Sequence record: OR786095.1
DNA from: Staphylococcus phage MBBL139
Direction: 5' to 3' (one strand)
Length of the DNA stretch: 39,989 nt
Shown: piece after piece, positions 7,192 to 17,085 of the stretch
Position numbering within the stretch: the first letter of the stretch is position 1
How the letters are laid out: each line of letters opens with the position of its first letter
Translations under genes and position numbers: made by a program
The notes under the pieces: model-generated
Seen by the model: only the letters and a program-made list of their open reading frames with translations
Told to the model about the DNA's origin: nothing
Databases searched by the model: none

Positions 7192-8265
7192 ATGACAACT
7201 ATCAAAACCAACCCGCACCGAGCTGTAGATTACTCTGAGTCTGGCGTTAAGAAGGCACTGGCTGCTGCCGGGTCTCTAGAAGCTGAAGTGAAGTACGATG
7301 GTGTCCGGTTGAACCTTCCGGTCTTCCCTGATGGGCGAACTGAATGGTTAAGCCGTGAGTCAAAGACTCTTCCGGCCTTAGACCATTTGTCAACAGTTGG
7401 TCAGGACATAGGAGCGTGCCGTGCGTCCGACTGGCGATGGTTCCTGAAGCAAGCAGGACATGAAGTATCTGGCCTGATGATTGATGGCGAGGTGATGGTC
7501 AAGGGCGTAGACTTCAACACGTCCTCAGGTCTTATCCGAACGAAGTGGACCAAGAAGACCAACGTTGATTGGCACACAGACCCGATGGCCCCAGCTAAAG
7601 TACCATTCTGTCTGGACCAGAAGTTCATCCAAGTGATCGTCTACGGGGTCATCGACCTTAACGTAATCAACGACCCGAAAGCCGAAGGTCCTATCCATAG
7701 CGTCACCCGCCTGAAGGCCGAAGCTATTGTCCCTCTCCTCCAGAAATACTTCCCGGAAATCGACTGGGTTCTGTCTGAGTCACACACGGTCTATGACCTT
7801 GAGTCGCTCAACTCCCTGTACGAACAGAAGCGTCTGGAAGGCCACGAGGGTCTGGTAGTCAAGGACCCGCTGGGTAAATACAAGCGTGGCAAGAAGTCAG
7901 GCATGTGGAAAATGAAGCCTGAGGAGACCATCGACGGGACCGTGTGCGGCCTCGTGTGGGGGACCCCGGGTAAGGCCAACGAAGGTAAGGTCATCGGCTT
8001 CGAGGTACTGCTTGAGGATGGCATGGTGGTCAACGCCTGTGGTCTGACTGAAGAGCAGAAGGATGAGTTCACCGCTAAGGTTAAACAGACCATTAGCTTC
8101 CGTGAGGATTTTGAAGACTTCGGGGCCGAACCTGAAGACACCAACCCCTACCACGGCTGGCAGTGTGAAGTCCTCTTCATGGAGCGGTTCCCTGACGGCT
8201 CACTGCGTCACCCTAGCTTCAAGTGCTGGCGCGGTACGGAAGACAACCCTACCATTAAGAGCTAA
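7192..8265 (+). CDS. gp1.3: ATP-dependent DNA ligase
   Basis: 357 aa from ATG 7192 (ggaga RBS). Matches recalled T7 ligase: IKTNP, KYDGVR (adenylation Lys motif), MVKGVDFNTSSGL, EGHEGLVVKDP, KRGKKSG.WKMKPE and DGSLRHPSF. Confidence 0.9.
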   Translation: MTTIKTNPHRAVDYSESGVKKALAAAGSLEAEVKYDGVRLNLPVFPDGRTEWLSRESKTLPALDHLSTVGQDIGACRASDWRWFLKQAGHEVSGLMIDGEVMVKGVDFNTSSGLIRTKWTKKTNVDWHTDPMAPAKVPFCLDQKFIQVIVYGVIDLNVINDPKAEGPIHSVTRLKAEAIVPLLQKYFPEIDWVLSESHTVYDLESLNSLYEQKRLEGHEGLVVKDPLGKYKRGKKSGMWKMKPEETIDGTVCGLVWGTPGKANEGKVIGFEVLLEDGMVVNACGLTEEQKDEFTAKVKQTISFREDFEDFGAEPEDTNPYHGWQCEVLFMERFPDGSLRHPSFKCWRGTEDNPTIKS

Positions 8266-8274
8266 CTAAATATC

Positions 8275-8310
8275 AACCCAGTGGTCTTCGCGGACTGCTG
8301 GGTTTCTTTG
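8275..8310 (+). terminator. Rho-independent terminator after the ligase gene (TE-like early terminator)
   Basis: CCCAGUGGUC-uucgcg-GACUGCUGGG, a 10-bp stem with G-U pairs, then UUUCUUUG. T7 TE lies directly after gene 1.3. Confidence 0.6.
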
Positions 8311-8332
8311 CGTTTGGGACTCCGGTCCTCGA

Positions 8333-8353
8333 CTAAACTATCACTGTAGGACA
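8333..8353 (+). promoter_or_regulatory. Phage-RNAP promoter (cTAAACTATCACTgTAGGaca)
   Basis: Consensus copy with one substitution at -3. Confidence 0.6.
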
Positions 8354-8379
8354 TCCAACAACCACCGAGGAGAAACCTT

Positions 8380-8640
8380 ATGTCTAAGAACTTAATGTTC
8401 AACCGTTATTCCAATACCTTCCACCTGTCTCACAACCCGTTCGCTTGCATTAAGCGTAACGAGAAGCTGGGATACTTCGGGAAGGCCGTTAAGCTGTCAC
8501 CTACAGTCTACGCTCTGATTACTCCGGGCAAAGCTGAAGAGGCTCGCCAGAAGCGTGAGACCAACGTACCTGTGGTATACACTAAGTGGCCTCGTGCTCG
8601 ACTTGCTGTCGAGTACATCAAGGAGGTTATCAATGATTAA
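8380..8640 (+). CDS. Hypothetical protein (86 aa)
   Basis: gagga RBS, in the gene 1.4-1.8 region. Confidence 0.5.
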   Translation: MSKNLMFNRYSNTFHLSHNPFACIKRNEKLGYFGKAVKLSPTVYALITPGKAEEARQKRETNVPVVYTKWPRARLAVEYIKEVIND

Positions 8641-9091
8641 GCTGGGAGATACAGTTCGTTATGCTGGCCCGATAAGTAACTACATGGGCATGGTTGACGG
8701 AACAGTGGTGGCGCTTGAACCCGAGGTCAACACTGTGGTGGTTAAGTGGTCGGGTCTAAATCAACTAGTTAAGCACGATGAGGCTGCTTTGATTGTCACA
8801 CATCAAGCTCAGGATAAGACTGTAGTAAGCAACGACACTAACTTCACAGATGATGGTGTCCGTAAGCCGACTCACTATCAGGTCTTTGACGGTGTGGAGT
8901 CCATCGAGATTATCGCCCGGTCCATGACTGTAAGCGAGTTCCGTGGGTTCTGCTTAGGTAACGTCCTGAAGTATCGACTGAGAGCAGGCAAGAAGTCTGA
9001 GTTAGCGACTATGGAGAAAGACCTGAATAAGGCCGCTTTCTATCAGGAACTATTCGAACTGCATAAAGGTAAGTGTCATGACTCCGAGTAG
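8633..9091 (+). CDS. Hypothetical protein (152 aa) with a GNxxKYxxRxG(K)K motif (DUF3310-like by recollection)
   Basis: ATG 8633 sits six nt after AGGAGG (the track ORF starts upstream at 8555). FCLGNVLKYRLRAGKK resembles the DUF3310 signature common in T7-like phages. Confidence 0.55.
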   Translation: MIKLGDTVRYAGPISNYMGMVDGTVVALEPEVNTVVVKWSGLNQLVKHDEAALIVTHQAQDKTVVSNDTNFTDDGVRKPTHYQVFDGVESIEIIARSMTVSEFRGFCLGNVLKYRLRAGKKSELATMEKDLNKAAFYQELFELHKGKCHDSE

Positions 9092-9169
9092 CTGGTGCTT
9101 TAGACAATGGGTCTCAACCGGGAATGTGGACTACCTGTCCATGTACCATATGTGGAAGGAGAAAGAACT

Positions 9170-9346
9170 ATGACCATCTACAAGGGCATCTTCGGGTCTC
9201 TGTACGCAGTGAACCAACATGGAGTAGTCTGCGTTAAGCCTGACGGTGGCGAGTGGTGCGCATCACATTACAGTGTCGAGGGTTTCCAAGACGCTATTGA
9301 TAAAGGTTACGTGACGGAGGTGGTCGATGACCAAGGAGTCAACTGA
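9170..9346 (+). CDS. Hypothetical protein (58 aa from the internal ATG of track ORF 9107-9346)
   Basis: Strong aggaga RBS upstream of ATG 9170. Confidence 0.45.
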   Translation: MTIYKGIFGSLYAVNQHGVVCVKPDGGEWCASHYSVEGFQDAIDKGYVTEVVDDQGVN

Positions 9347-9497
9347 GAAGAAGTACATCGTGGAGCTTGAGGGTCGCGTTCAGTCCTTCGAGGTTCCGGT
9401 CTACGCCAAGTCTCTGGACGAGGCAACCCTTAAGTCTCAGGAATATGAGGACGCTGGTTTCGTGATAGGCCGCATCCGACCTGAGAAGCACGACTAA
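9327..9497 (+). CDS. gp2: gp2-like inhibitor of host RNA polymerase (56 aa)
   Basis: [27 protein letters not shown] matches recalled T7 Gp2 (SEHSFEVPIYAETLDEA..AGFEVTRVRPC). It has a ggagg RBS and is absent from the ORF track (under 60 aa). Confidence 0.7.
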   Translation: MTKESTEKKYIVELEGRVQSFEVPVYAKSLDEATLKSQEYEDAGFVIGRIRPEKHD

Positions 9498-9514
9498 ACT
9501 ATCACTTTAGGAAC
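9494..9514 (+). promoter_or_regulatory. Phage-RNAP promoter (cTAAACTATCACTtTAGGaac), phi2.5-like
   Basis: Consensus copy upstream of the SSB gene. Confidence 0.6.
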
Positions 9515-9544
9515 ACCTCAACTTTAACTAGGAGATTTACACCG

Positions 9545-10243
9545 ATGGCTAAAGAGCAACTGAAGACTTTCACCACTCCGGTAGCTGGTATCGTTGAGCC
9601 TTACGCATGGCTTAACAAAGCAGACACCAAGTTCAACGAGCGCGGTGAGCACAAGGTCAACCTGACATTCAGTCTGGATGACCCAAAGGTACGCAAGATG
9701 ATTGACGTCTTGCAGAAGATTCACGACGATGCGTATGCGAAAGCACTCGCAGACCACGAGAAGAACCCACCTCAGGTTCAGCGTGGCAAGAAGCCTATCG
9801 AACCACGTGAAGGCGACATGCCGTGGATTGAGAATGGCGATGGTACTGTTACCCTGAAGTTTAAATGCTTTGCGTCTTACCTGAAGGATGGTAAGTCAGA
9901 GCCTATCGTATTACGGTTCTACGACACCGATGCTAAGTTAATCCGTGACGTCCCGAATATTGGCGCTGGCTCCAAACTGAAGGTCAAGTTCAAAGTCCTG
10001 CCGTTCAAATGGAACGCTGCGACTGGTGCGAGCGTGAAGCTGCAACTGGAGTCCTGCCTGCTGGTCGAACTGAAAGAGTGGTCCGGTGAGGGCAGTGGTG
10101 GCGATGGTGGCTGGGGGGACGATGAAGACATCGGCTCTGGTGGCTACAAAGCGTCTACTGACGGTTACTTCGGGTCTGATGACTTCAGTGAAGATGCCGA
10201 AGGTGGTGATGGTACTGCGCCCGGTGGCGATTACGACTTCTAA
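9545..10243 (+). CDS. gp2.5: Single-stranded DNA-binding protein
   Basis: 232 aa. Matches recalled T7 gp2.5 (GKKP..P.EGDMP, NGDGT.T.KFKC.AS, GSKLKVK, VKLQLES). The acidic tail ends in DYDF; T7 ends in DGDF. Confidence 0.9.
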   Translation: MAKEQLKTFTTPVAGIVEPYAWLNKADTKFNERGEHKVNLTFSLDDPKVRKMIDVLQKIHDDAYAKALADHEKNPPQVQRGKKPIEPREGDMPWIENGDGTVTLKFKCFASYLKDGKSEPIVLRFYDTDAKLIRDVPNIGAGSKLKVKFKVLPFKWNAATGASVKLQLESCLLVELKEWSGEGSGGDGGWGDDEDIGSGGYKASTDGYFGSDDFSEDAEGGDGTAPGGDYDF

Positions 10244-10245
10244 TC

Positions 10246-10698
10246 GTGGCTGCATGGACACCAAAACGGGGGCACTCTGTGGGTGCCTACCGCTCTGGAC
10301 TTGAGGCCAAGAACCAGCAGTGGCTGGAGCAGAATGGCGTCAAAGCGGAGTATGAAAGCCATTACATCAACTATGTGATTCCGGCTTCCGACCACAAGTA
10401 CACACCAGACTTCATCCTTCCGAATGGCATCATCGTCGAGACCAAAGGTATCTTCGATAGTGAGGACCGCAAGAAGCATATGCTGGTGCGCGAGCAACAC
10501 CCTGAGCTGGACATCCGGTTCGTGTTCTCGTCCTCCCGCTCCAAGCTGTACAAAGGGTCCCCGACCACGTATGGCGCATGGTGCGAAAAGAACGGCTTTA
10601 AGTTTGCCGACAAGTTTATCCCGGTTGAGTGGCTGAAAGAGGCGACTGTGCGTCTGCCCTCAGGTATCCTCATCCCCAAGAAGAAAGGAGTTAAGTGA
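10246..10698 (+). CDS. gp3: Endonuclease I (Holliday-junction resolvase)
   Basis: GTG start. AYRSGLE, YTPDF.LPNGI.VETKG and REQHPELDIRFVFSSSRSKLYKGSPT match recalled T7 gp3. Confidence 0.9.
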   Translation: MAAWTPKRGHSVGAYRSGLEAKNQQWLEQNGVKAEYESHYINYVIPASDHKYTPDFILPNGIIVETKGIFDSEDRKKHMLVREQHPELDIRFVFSSSRSKLYKGSPTTYGAWCEKNGFKFADKFIPVEWLKEATVRLPSGILIPKKKGVK

Positions 10699-10922
10699 TG
10701 ACTCAAGAAGTTAAGGTCGTTCGTAAGCGTCTGACCATTGATAAAATCCCGGTAGGCTATGCGTTTATCGTCCACGGTAAGCCGGGTGAAGTGTACGTGA
10801 AGATTAGCAACTCTCACGTCTTCAACCATAAGTTACTCCAGATGCACACCACGGATGCTAACCGCTTCCAACGTCATCTGAACCTCGTAGCTGTAGAGCT
10901 GGTGGTGTACGATGGCGAGTAA
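10695..10922 (+). CDS. Hypothetical protein (75 aa)
   Basis: ATGA overlap with the gene 3 stop. T7 has no gene at this position. Confidence 0.5.
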   Translation: MMTQEVKVVRKRLTIDKIPVGYAFIVHGKPGEVYVKISNSHVFNHKLLQMHTTDANRFQRHLNLVAVELVVYDGE

Positions 10923-11370
10923 AGTCCAGTTCAACCCACGGTCCCGGACCGACGCTATCTTCGTTCACTGTTCGGCTACCAAGCCAGAGATGGACATCGG
11001 GGTAGAGACCATCCGTATGTGGCACAAGCAGCAAGGCTGGCTGGACGTAGGCTACCACTTCGTCATCAAGCGTGATGGTACTGTGGAGTCCGGACGTCCG
11101 GTCGATGTAGTAGGGTCCCACGTTAAGGATTGGAACTCCCGGTCCGTAGGCGTCTGCCTTGTAGGTGGAATTGACGCCAAGGGTAAGTTTGAAGCTAACT
11201 TCACACCTGTCCAGATGAGCGCTCTACGAAACAAGCTGGCTGAACTGAAGGCATTATACCCTCAGGCAGACATCAAGGCTCACCACGATGTAGCACCAAA
11301 GGCTTGCCCAAGTTTCGACTTGCAGCGCTGGCTTAATACTAACGAACTGGTCACTTCCGACCGAGGCTAA
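10912..11370 (+). CDS. gp3.5: N-acetylmuramoyl-L-alanine amidase (T7 lysozyme, RNAP-binding)
   Basis: Near-identical blocks to recalled T7 gp3.5: DAIFVHCSATKP, QGWLDVGYHF.IKRDGTVE, GVCLVGGID, APKACPSFDL and a C-terminal NELVTSDRG. Confidence 0.92.
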   Translation: MASKVQFNPRSRTDAIFVHCSATKPEMDIGVETIRMWHKQQGWLDVGYHFVIKRDGTVESGRPVDVVGSHVKDWNSRSVGVCLVGGIDAKGKFEANFTPVQMSALRNKLAELKALYPQADIKAHHDVAPKACPSFDLQRWLNTNELVTSDRG

Positions 11371-11384
11371 CAAGGAGCATTAAC

Positions 11385-11597
11385 ATGATTAAGTTTATTG
11401 AATTTCTGGGTCGTCTGGTTGTGCGTGGTTATGCTCGCGCTGCGAGTGTTGAACGAAAGGTGGCTGAGGCTTCAGCTAAGGGTGCAGAGATTGCGGCTAA
11501 GGAAGCTGACAGTCTGCGCATCAAGTCTCTGGACGCAAGTCTTCGCGCTCGCGGTCTGGACAAGAAAGCCGAGCAACTGAAAGGCTTCTTCAGCTAA
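11385..11597 (+). CDS. Hypothetical protein (70 aa)
   Basis: aaggag RBS; hydrophobic N-terminus followed by a charged helix. Confidence 0.5.
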   Translation: MIKFIEFLGRLVVRGYARAASVERKVAEASAKGAEIAAKEADSLRIKSLDASLRARGLDKKAEQLKGFFS

Positions 11598-11614
11598 ACT
11601 ATCACCTTAGGGAT
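11594..11614 (+). promoter_or_regulatory. Phage-RNAP promoter (cTAAACTATCACcTTAGGGat), phi4-like
   Basis: Consensus copy upstream of the primase-helicase gene. Confidence 0.6.
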
Positions 11615-11662
11615 GAGACCATGGGTCTTGTCCCTTTGTTCGCATTATTGATTAAGGAGTGA

Positions 11663-13369
<1,707 letters not shown>

Positions 13370-13411
13370 TCGAGACATTGCCGACTATAAGAACTTCACG
13401 GAGGACAGATA

Positions 13412-13576
13412 GTGTTAAAGAAACTTAAGGCTAGATACCACAGATTCATGTTCAAGTGGTGGAGCGAAGAGGCAGACTGCCTGTCACGAATCCTCGGAGA
13501 ACAGCGCTTTGAGTCTGCTGCTTGGAAGCGAGCGAACCGAAAGTTCATGTATCACTTCCTGCGTACTGACTACTAA
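13412..13576 (+). CDS. Possible small Trp-rich protein (54 aa, GTG start)
   Basis: GGAGGA seven nt upstream of GTG 13412. It fills the gene 4.x slot, and its stop overlaps the phi5 promoter. Confidence 0.3.
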   Translation: MLKKLKARYHRFMFKWWSEEADCLSRILGEQRFESAAWKRANRKFMYHFLRTDY

Positions 13577-13593
13577 GCTATCACTGTAGGATA
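13573..13593 (+). promoter_or_regulatory. Phage-RNAP promoter (cTAAgCTATCACTgTAGGata)
   Basis: Consensus copy with two substitutions, upstream of the DNA polymerase gene. Confidence 0.55.
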
Positions 13594-13633
13594 GACTCAA
13601 GGTCATTCACTTCGAGTGGCCTTTATGATTAGA
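13592..13633 (+). promoter_or_regulatory. Conserved hairpin element (R4.7-like RNase III site candidate), copy 2 of 3
   Basis: agactcaaGGUCAUUC-acuuc-GAGUGGCCtttatgatta: an 8-bp stem with flanks shared with copies 1 and 3. Confidence 0.5.
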
Positions 13634-13647
13634 CTATAGGAGACATT

Positions 13648-15819
13648 ATGATTGACTTACAGAACATCTGGGGTTCGGATATTGAGACCAATGGTCTGCT
13701 TGACACCGTCTCTCAGTTCCACTGTGGGGTCCTGATTAACGCCGAGTCGAATGAGACCCTGAAGTACGGGGTAGCTCCGATGGTAGGTATCGTCGGCGGC
13801 TTCAAAGAGTATGTGCAGAAGGTAGAAGAGATTGCAGCAACACCGCATGGGCTTCTGGTCTTCCATAACGGGATTAACTATGACGTCCCGGCTATTGACA
13901 TCCTGAAGCGTAAGTATTTTGGTAAACGTTTCAACTTCCCAAAACACAAGATGATTGACACGCTGGTCATGGGCCGACTGATGTATCCGAACATTAAGTT
14001 CTCGGACATTGGGGCAGTGAAAGCAGGTCGTCTCCCTCCTAAGATGATGGGACGACAGTCGCTTGAAGCGTGGGGCTATCGTCTAGGCGAGATGAAGGGT
14101 GAGTATAAGACAGACTACATTGCCAAGTGCAAGGCTGAGGGTATCGAGTACAAGGCTGGTGACGAGTGGTTGTTGCCAAGCCAAGAGATGCTCGACTATA
14201 ACGTCCAAGACGTTGTGGTGACTCTGGCCCTGTTCAAGAAGTTCCTGACCGACAAGTTCTACTTTGGGTCTCCTGAAGGTGGACTTGAGGCTGTGTACGC
14301 ATTGCGTCTCGAACACGATGCTGCATGGACCTGCGCGAAGATGGAACGCAACGGCTACCCGATGAACTCGGAGATAGTCGAAGGCTTGTACCGTGAGCTG
14401 TCTATCAAACGGGCTGAGCTTCTGGATAAGCTGAGGTCGACTTTCGGTAGCTGGTATGCACCGAAGGGTGGAAAGGAGTTCTTCAAGCACCCACGAACCG
14501 GGGCAGACCTGCCGAAGTACCCGCGTGTCATCTACCCGAAGGTGGGGGCAATCTTCAAGAAGCCGAAGAACAAAGCTCAGCGCTTAGGTCTGGAGCCTTG
14601 CGAACGAGACTCGCGAGATACGATGGAAGGCGCACCGTTCACTCCGATTAGCTTCGTTGAGTTTAATCCGGGGAGTGGAGACCACTTAGCTAAAGTCCTG
14701 ATGGACCGAGGCTGGGAGCCTACTGAGTTCACGGATACCGGGAAGCCGAAATGTGATGACGAAACGCTGGAAGGCGTGGTGCTGTCTGACCCTGAGGCCC
14801 AAGCCTGTCTGGAGCTGGTCCGTGAGTATCTGGTGGTCCAGAAGCGCATTGGTCAGGCGGCTGAAGGTAAGAACGCATGGCTTCGACTGGTGGGTCCTGA
14901 CGGAAGGATGCACGGGTCGATTAACCCTTGTGGTGCTGTGACTGGACGTGCGACTCACAGTTCACCAAACATGGCTCAGGTCCCGGCTAACGGTGCTCCT
15001 TGGGGTGAAATCTGCCGCAGTGCTTTCGGTGCGCAGTGGAACACGAATCACGGTAAGCCAGACCCTTGGATTCAAGTTGGGGTGGATGCTTCAGGTCTTG
15101 AACTCCGCTGTCTGGGGAACCGTGCGTCTCCGTTCGATGGAGGTGAATACGCGAAGACTGTGGTCGAAGGTGACATCCACTGGGCCAATGCGGTCAACGC
15201 AGGGTTAGCACCTAACGTCCCACGCGACAAGTCGAACCACGACCATGAGGCTTTCCGTAACAACGCCAAGACGTTCATCTATGCGTTCCTGTATGGTGCA
15301 GGTGCTGCGAAGATTGGACTGATTGTGGGTGGTGGTAAGAAGGAAGGCGCGGCCCTGATGAAGAAATTTATTGAGGGTACACCAGCCATCAAGGACCTGC
15401 GAGAGGCTGTCCAGAACACGCTCATCTCCGAGTCTAAGTGGGTAGACGGTGAGAACGTCGTGAAGTGGAAACGCCGCTGGCTTAAAGGTCTGGACGGTCG
15501 ACGCATTCACATCCGGTCTCCACACTCAGCACTTAACGCACTACTTCAAGGTGACGGTGCGGTGGTCTGTAAAACGTGGTTCACTTGGCTTGAGAGGAAC
15601 CTAGAAGCTAAAGGCTACGTGCATGGCTGGGATGGTGACTTTGCGATTATGGCTTTTGTCCATGATGAAGTTCAAGTTGCCGCAAGGACTATGGAAATAG
15701 CTGAGGACATCGTTAAGGTGGCGCAATCCACAATGCGAGAGGTTGGAGAGTTCTACCAGTTCAAGTGTGTACTTGACACCGAGGGAAAGATAGGGGCTAC
15801 GTGGCGCGAATGTCACTAA
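13648..15819 (+). CDS. gp5: DNA polymerase (family A, with 3'-5' exonuclease)
   Basis: 723 aa. SDIETNGL..FHCGV, VFHNG..YDVPA, EAWGYRLGEMKGEYK and DYNVQDVVVT match recalled T7 gp5. Confidence 0.95.
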   Translation: MIDLQNIWGSDIETNGLLDTVSQFHCGVLINAESNETLKYGVAPMVGIVGGFKEYVQKVEEIAATPHGLLVFHNGINYDVPAIDILKRKYFGKRFNFPKHKMIDTLVMGRLMYPNIKFSDIGAVKAGRLPPKMMGRQSLEAWGYRLGEMKGEYKTDYIAKCKAEGIEYKAGDEWLLPSQEMLDYNVQDVVVTLALFKKFLTDKFYFGSPEGGLEAVYALRLEHDAAWTCAKMERNGYPMNSEIVEGLYRELSIKRAELLDKLRSTFGSWYAPKGGKEFFKHPRTGADLPKYPRVIYPKVGAIFKKPKNKAQRLGLEPCERDSRDTMEGAPFTPISFVEFNPGSGDHLAKVLMDRGWEPTEFTDTGKPKCDDETLEGVVLSDPEAQACLELVREYLVVQKRIGQAAEGKNAWLRLVGPDGRMHGSINPCGAVTGRATHSSPNMAQVPANGAPWGEICRSAFGAQWNTNHGKPDPWIQVGVDASGLELRCLGNRASPFDGGEYAKTVVEGDIHWANAVNAGLAPNVPRDKSNHDHEAFRNNAKTFIYAFLYGAGAAKIGLIVGGGKKEGAALMKKFIEGTPAIKDLREAVQNTLISESKWVDGENVVKWKRRWLKGLDGRRIHIRSPHSALNALLQGDGAVVCKTWFTWLERNLEAKGYVHGWDGDFAIMAFVHDEVQVAARTMEIAEDIVKVAQSTMREVGEFYQFKCVLDTEGKIGATWRECH

Positions 15820-15828
15820 GGAGATAAT

Positions 15829-16137
15829 ATGGGAGGTGTGGCAACCTTGCGCTTCCATAAGATGCCTACTGGATGTATCGTCTGTGTATCACATCGTCGC
15901 AATCATGATGGATACTTTCGGTACACGGTAGGCTCTGCCCGTAAGCCGGGACGCAAGGCGTTTATGTTCCACCGATGGGTGTGGGAGCAGAAGCGCGGAC
16001 CTATACCAGATGGCTACGAGATAGACCATTTGTGCTTGAACCGTGGGTGCTGCAACATAGAGCACCTACAGTGTATTCCAAAGCGCGAACACGTCATTAA
16101 GACGAACCGTGAGCGAAAACTTGTTAAGAAGGAGTAA
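15829..16137 (+). CDS. HNH endonuclease (small, about 100 aa)
   Basis: HNH motif EIDHLCLNRGCCNIEHL with flanking Cys/His zinc ligands. Located between genes 5 and 5.5. Confidence 0.8.
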   Translation: MGGVATLRFHKMPTGCIVCVSHRRNHDGYFRYTVGSARKPGRKAFMFHRWVWEQKRGPIPDGYEIDHLCLNRGCCNIEHLQCIPKREHVIKTNRERKLVKKE

Positions 16138-16142
16138 CCACA

Positions 16143-16433
16143 ATGGCTATGACCAAACGTATGCGAGTATCGTTCTCGCTGGGTGCTGTACTGTCTACTG
16201 AAGACGTGAAGAATTTCGAGAAGTCCCTCTGTGAGCTGAGCCGTAAAGTCCTGAACGGTGAGAAAGTCTCAGGGTTCGAGCGTAAGATGGTTGAAGTTGG
16301 CGTGACTGAAGGTCTGGAAGCTGTAGTCGAGCTGGTCTTCAAGAAAGGTATCGTCGATGGTCTGAAAGAGGACCTAAGCCACTACGCCGACCAACCGTCC
16401 TTCGGGGACTTCCGAGTGGAGTTCAAGCAATGA
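16143..16433 (+). CDS. gp5.5: gp5.5-like protein (H-NS-binding protein homolog)
   Basis: MAMTKRMRVSF matches the recalled T7 gp5.5 N-terminus MAMTKRFKVSF, with similar length (96 vs 99 aa). Confidence 0.7.
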   Translation: MAMTKRMRVSFSLGAVLSTEDVKNFEKSLCELSRKVLNGEKVSGFERKMVEVGVTEGLEAVVELVFKKGIVDGLKEDLSHYADQPSFGDFRVEFKQ

Positions 16434-16639
16434 GTGAATACTTACGGGTCCTTGCGGCCCTCAAGTCCTGCCCGAAGACCTTTCAGTCCAACTATGTGCG
16501 CAACAATGCAGCACTGGTGGCTGAGGCTGCGAGTCGTGGACATCTGAGCTGCCTGTCTATGGATGGGCGTAACAACGGTGCGTGGGAGATTACCGCTGAG
16601 GGCGTTAAATTCCTGAACCAACACGGAGGCTGTCTATGA
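16430..16639 (+). CDS. gp5.7: gp5.7-like protein
   Basis: LKSCPKTFQSNYVRNNAALVAEAASRGH is near-identical to recalled T7 gp5.7; both are 69 aa. Confidence 0.8.
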   Translation: MSEYLRVLAALKSCPKTFQSNYVRNNAALVAEAASRGHLSCLSMDGRNNGAWEITAEGVKFLNQHGGCL

Positions 16640-17085
16640 AGATACCTGAAAGTCTGAAAGAGCTGGTCCTTGAAATGGGCGAGCGCGAGCAGGAGCACCG
16701 CAAGTACGCGGAGTTCTACGCATCGTGGTCATACACATTGACTGAGAAGGACGTAGAGTCCTACACCGAGTCTCCTTCTGAGGCTCATGAGTGGCGTCCG
16801 TTCATAGGACTGACCATAGTAGCTAGCGGTATGTGGAATGACAGCTATGGCTCAGAGGTGAATGGCTGGGACGTATATCGCCCGGTTGAGAAGGAGACCG
16901 AAATGTCTTCCAACTTCTGGAGTCTGATGTCACACCTAAACTCAGAGGACAACGACATGGCCCATGAGTTCGCCAACAAATGGCTGAAGCCTGAGGTAAC
17001 TCTGGAACGTATTGAGGAGCCTAAAGTTTCCTTGATGCCAGCTACTGTCGCTATGGCTACTGGAGGTCTGGACGATGGGTTCTGA
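16636..17085 (+). CDS. Strongly acidic hypothetical protein (149 aa) at the gp5.9 position
   Basis: ATGA coupling to 5.7. Glu/Asp make up roughly 20% of residues, giving a net charge of about -20. T7 has the 52-aa acidic RecBCD inhibitor gp5.9 at this position. Confidence 0.6.
   Translation: MKIPESLKELVLEMGEREQEHRKYAEFYASWSYTLTEKDVESYTESPSEAHEWRPFIGLTIVASGMWNDSYGSEVNGWDVYRPVEKETEMSSNFWSLMSHLNSEDNDMAHEFANKWLKPEVTLERIEEPKVSLMPATVAMATGGLDDGF

Noticed and set aside
8555-8632. Long N-terminal extension of track ORF 8555-9091
   Set aside because: It overlaps gene 8380-8640 in another frame. AGGAGG precedes ATG 8633.
9107-9169. Upstream ATG/GTG start for ORF 9107-9346
   Set aside because: There is no RBS. 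The internal ATG 9170 has a strong aggaga.
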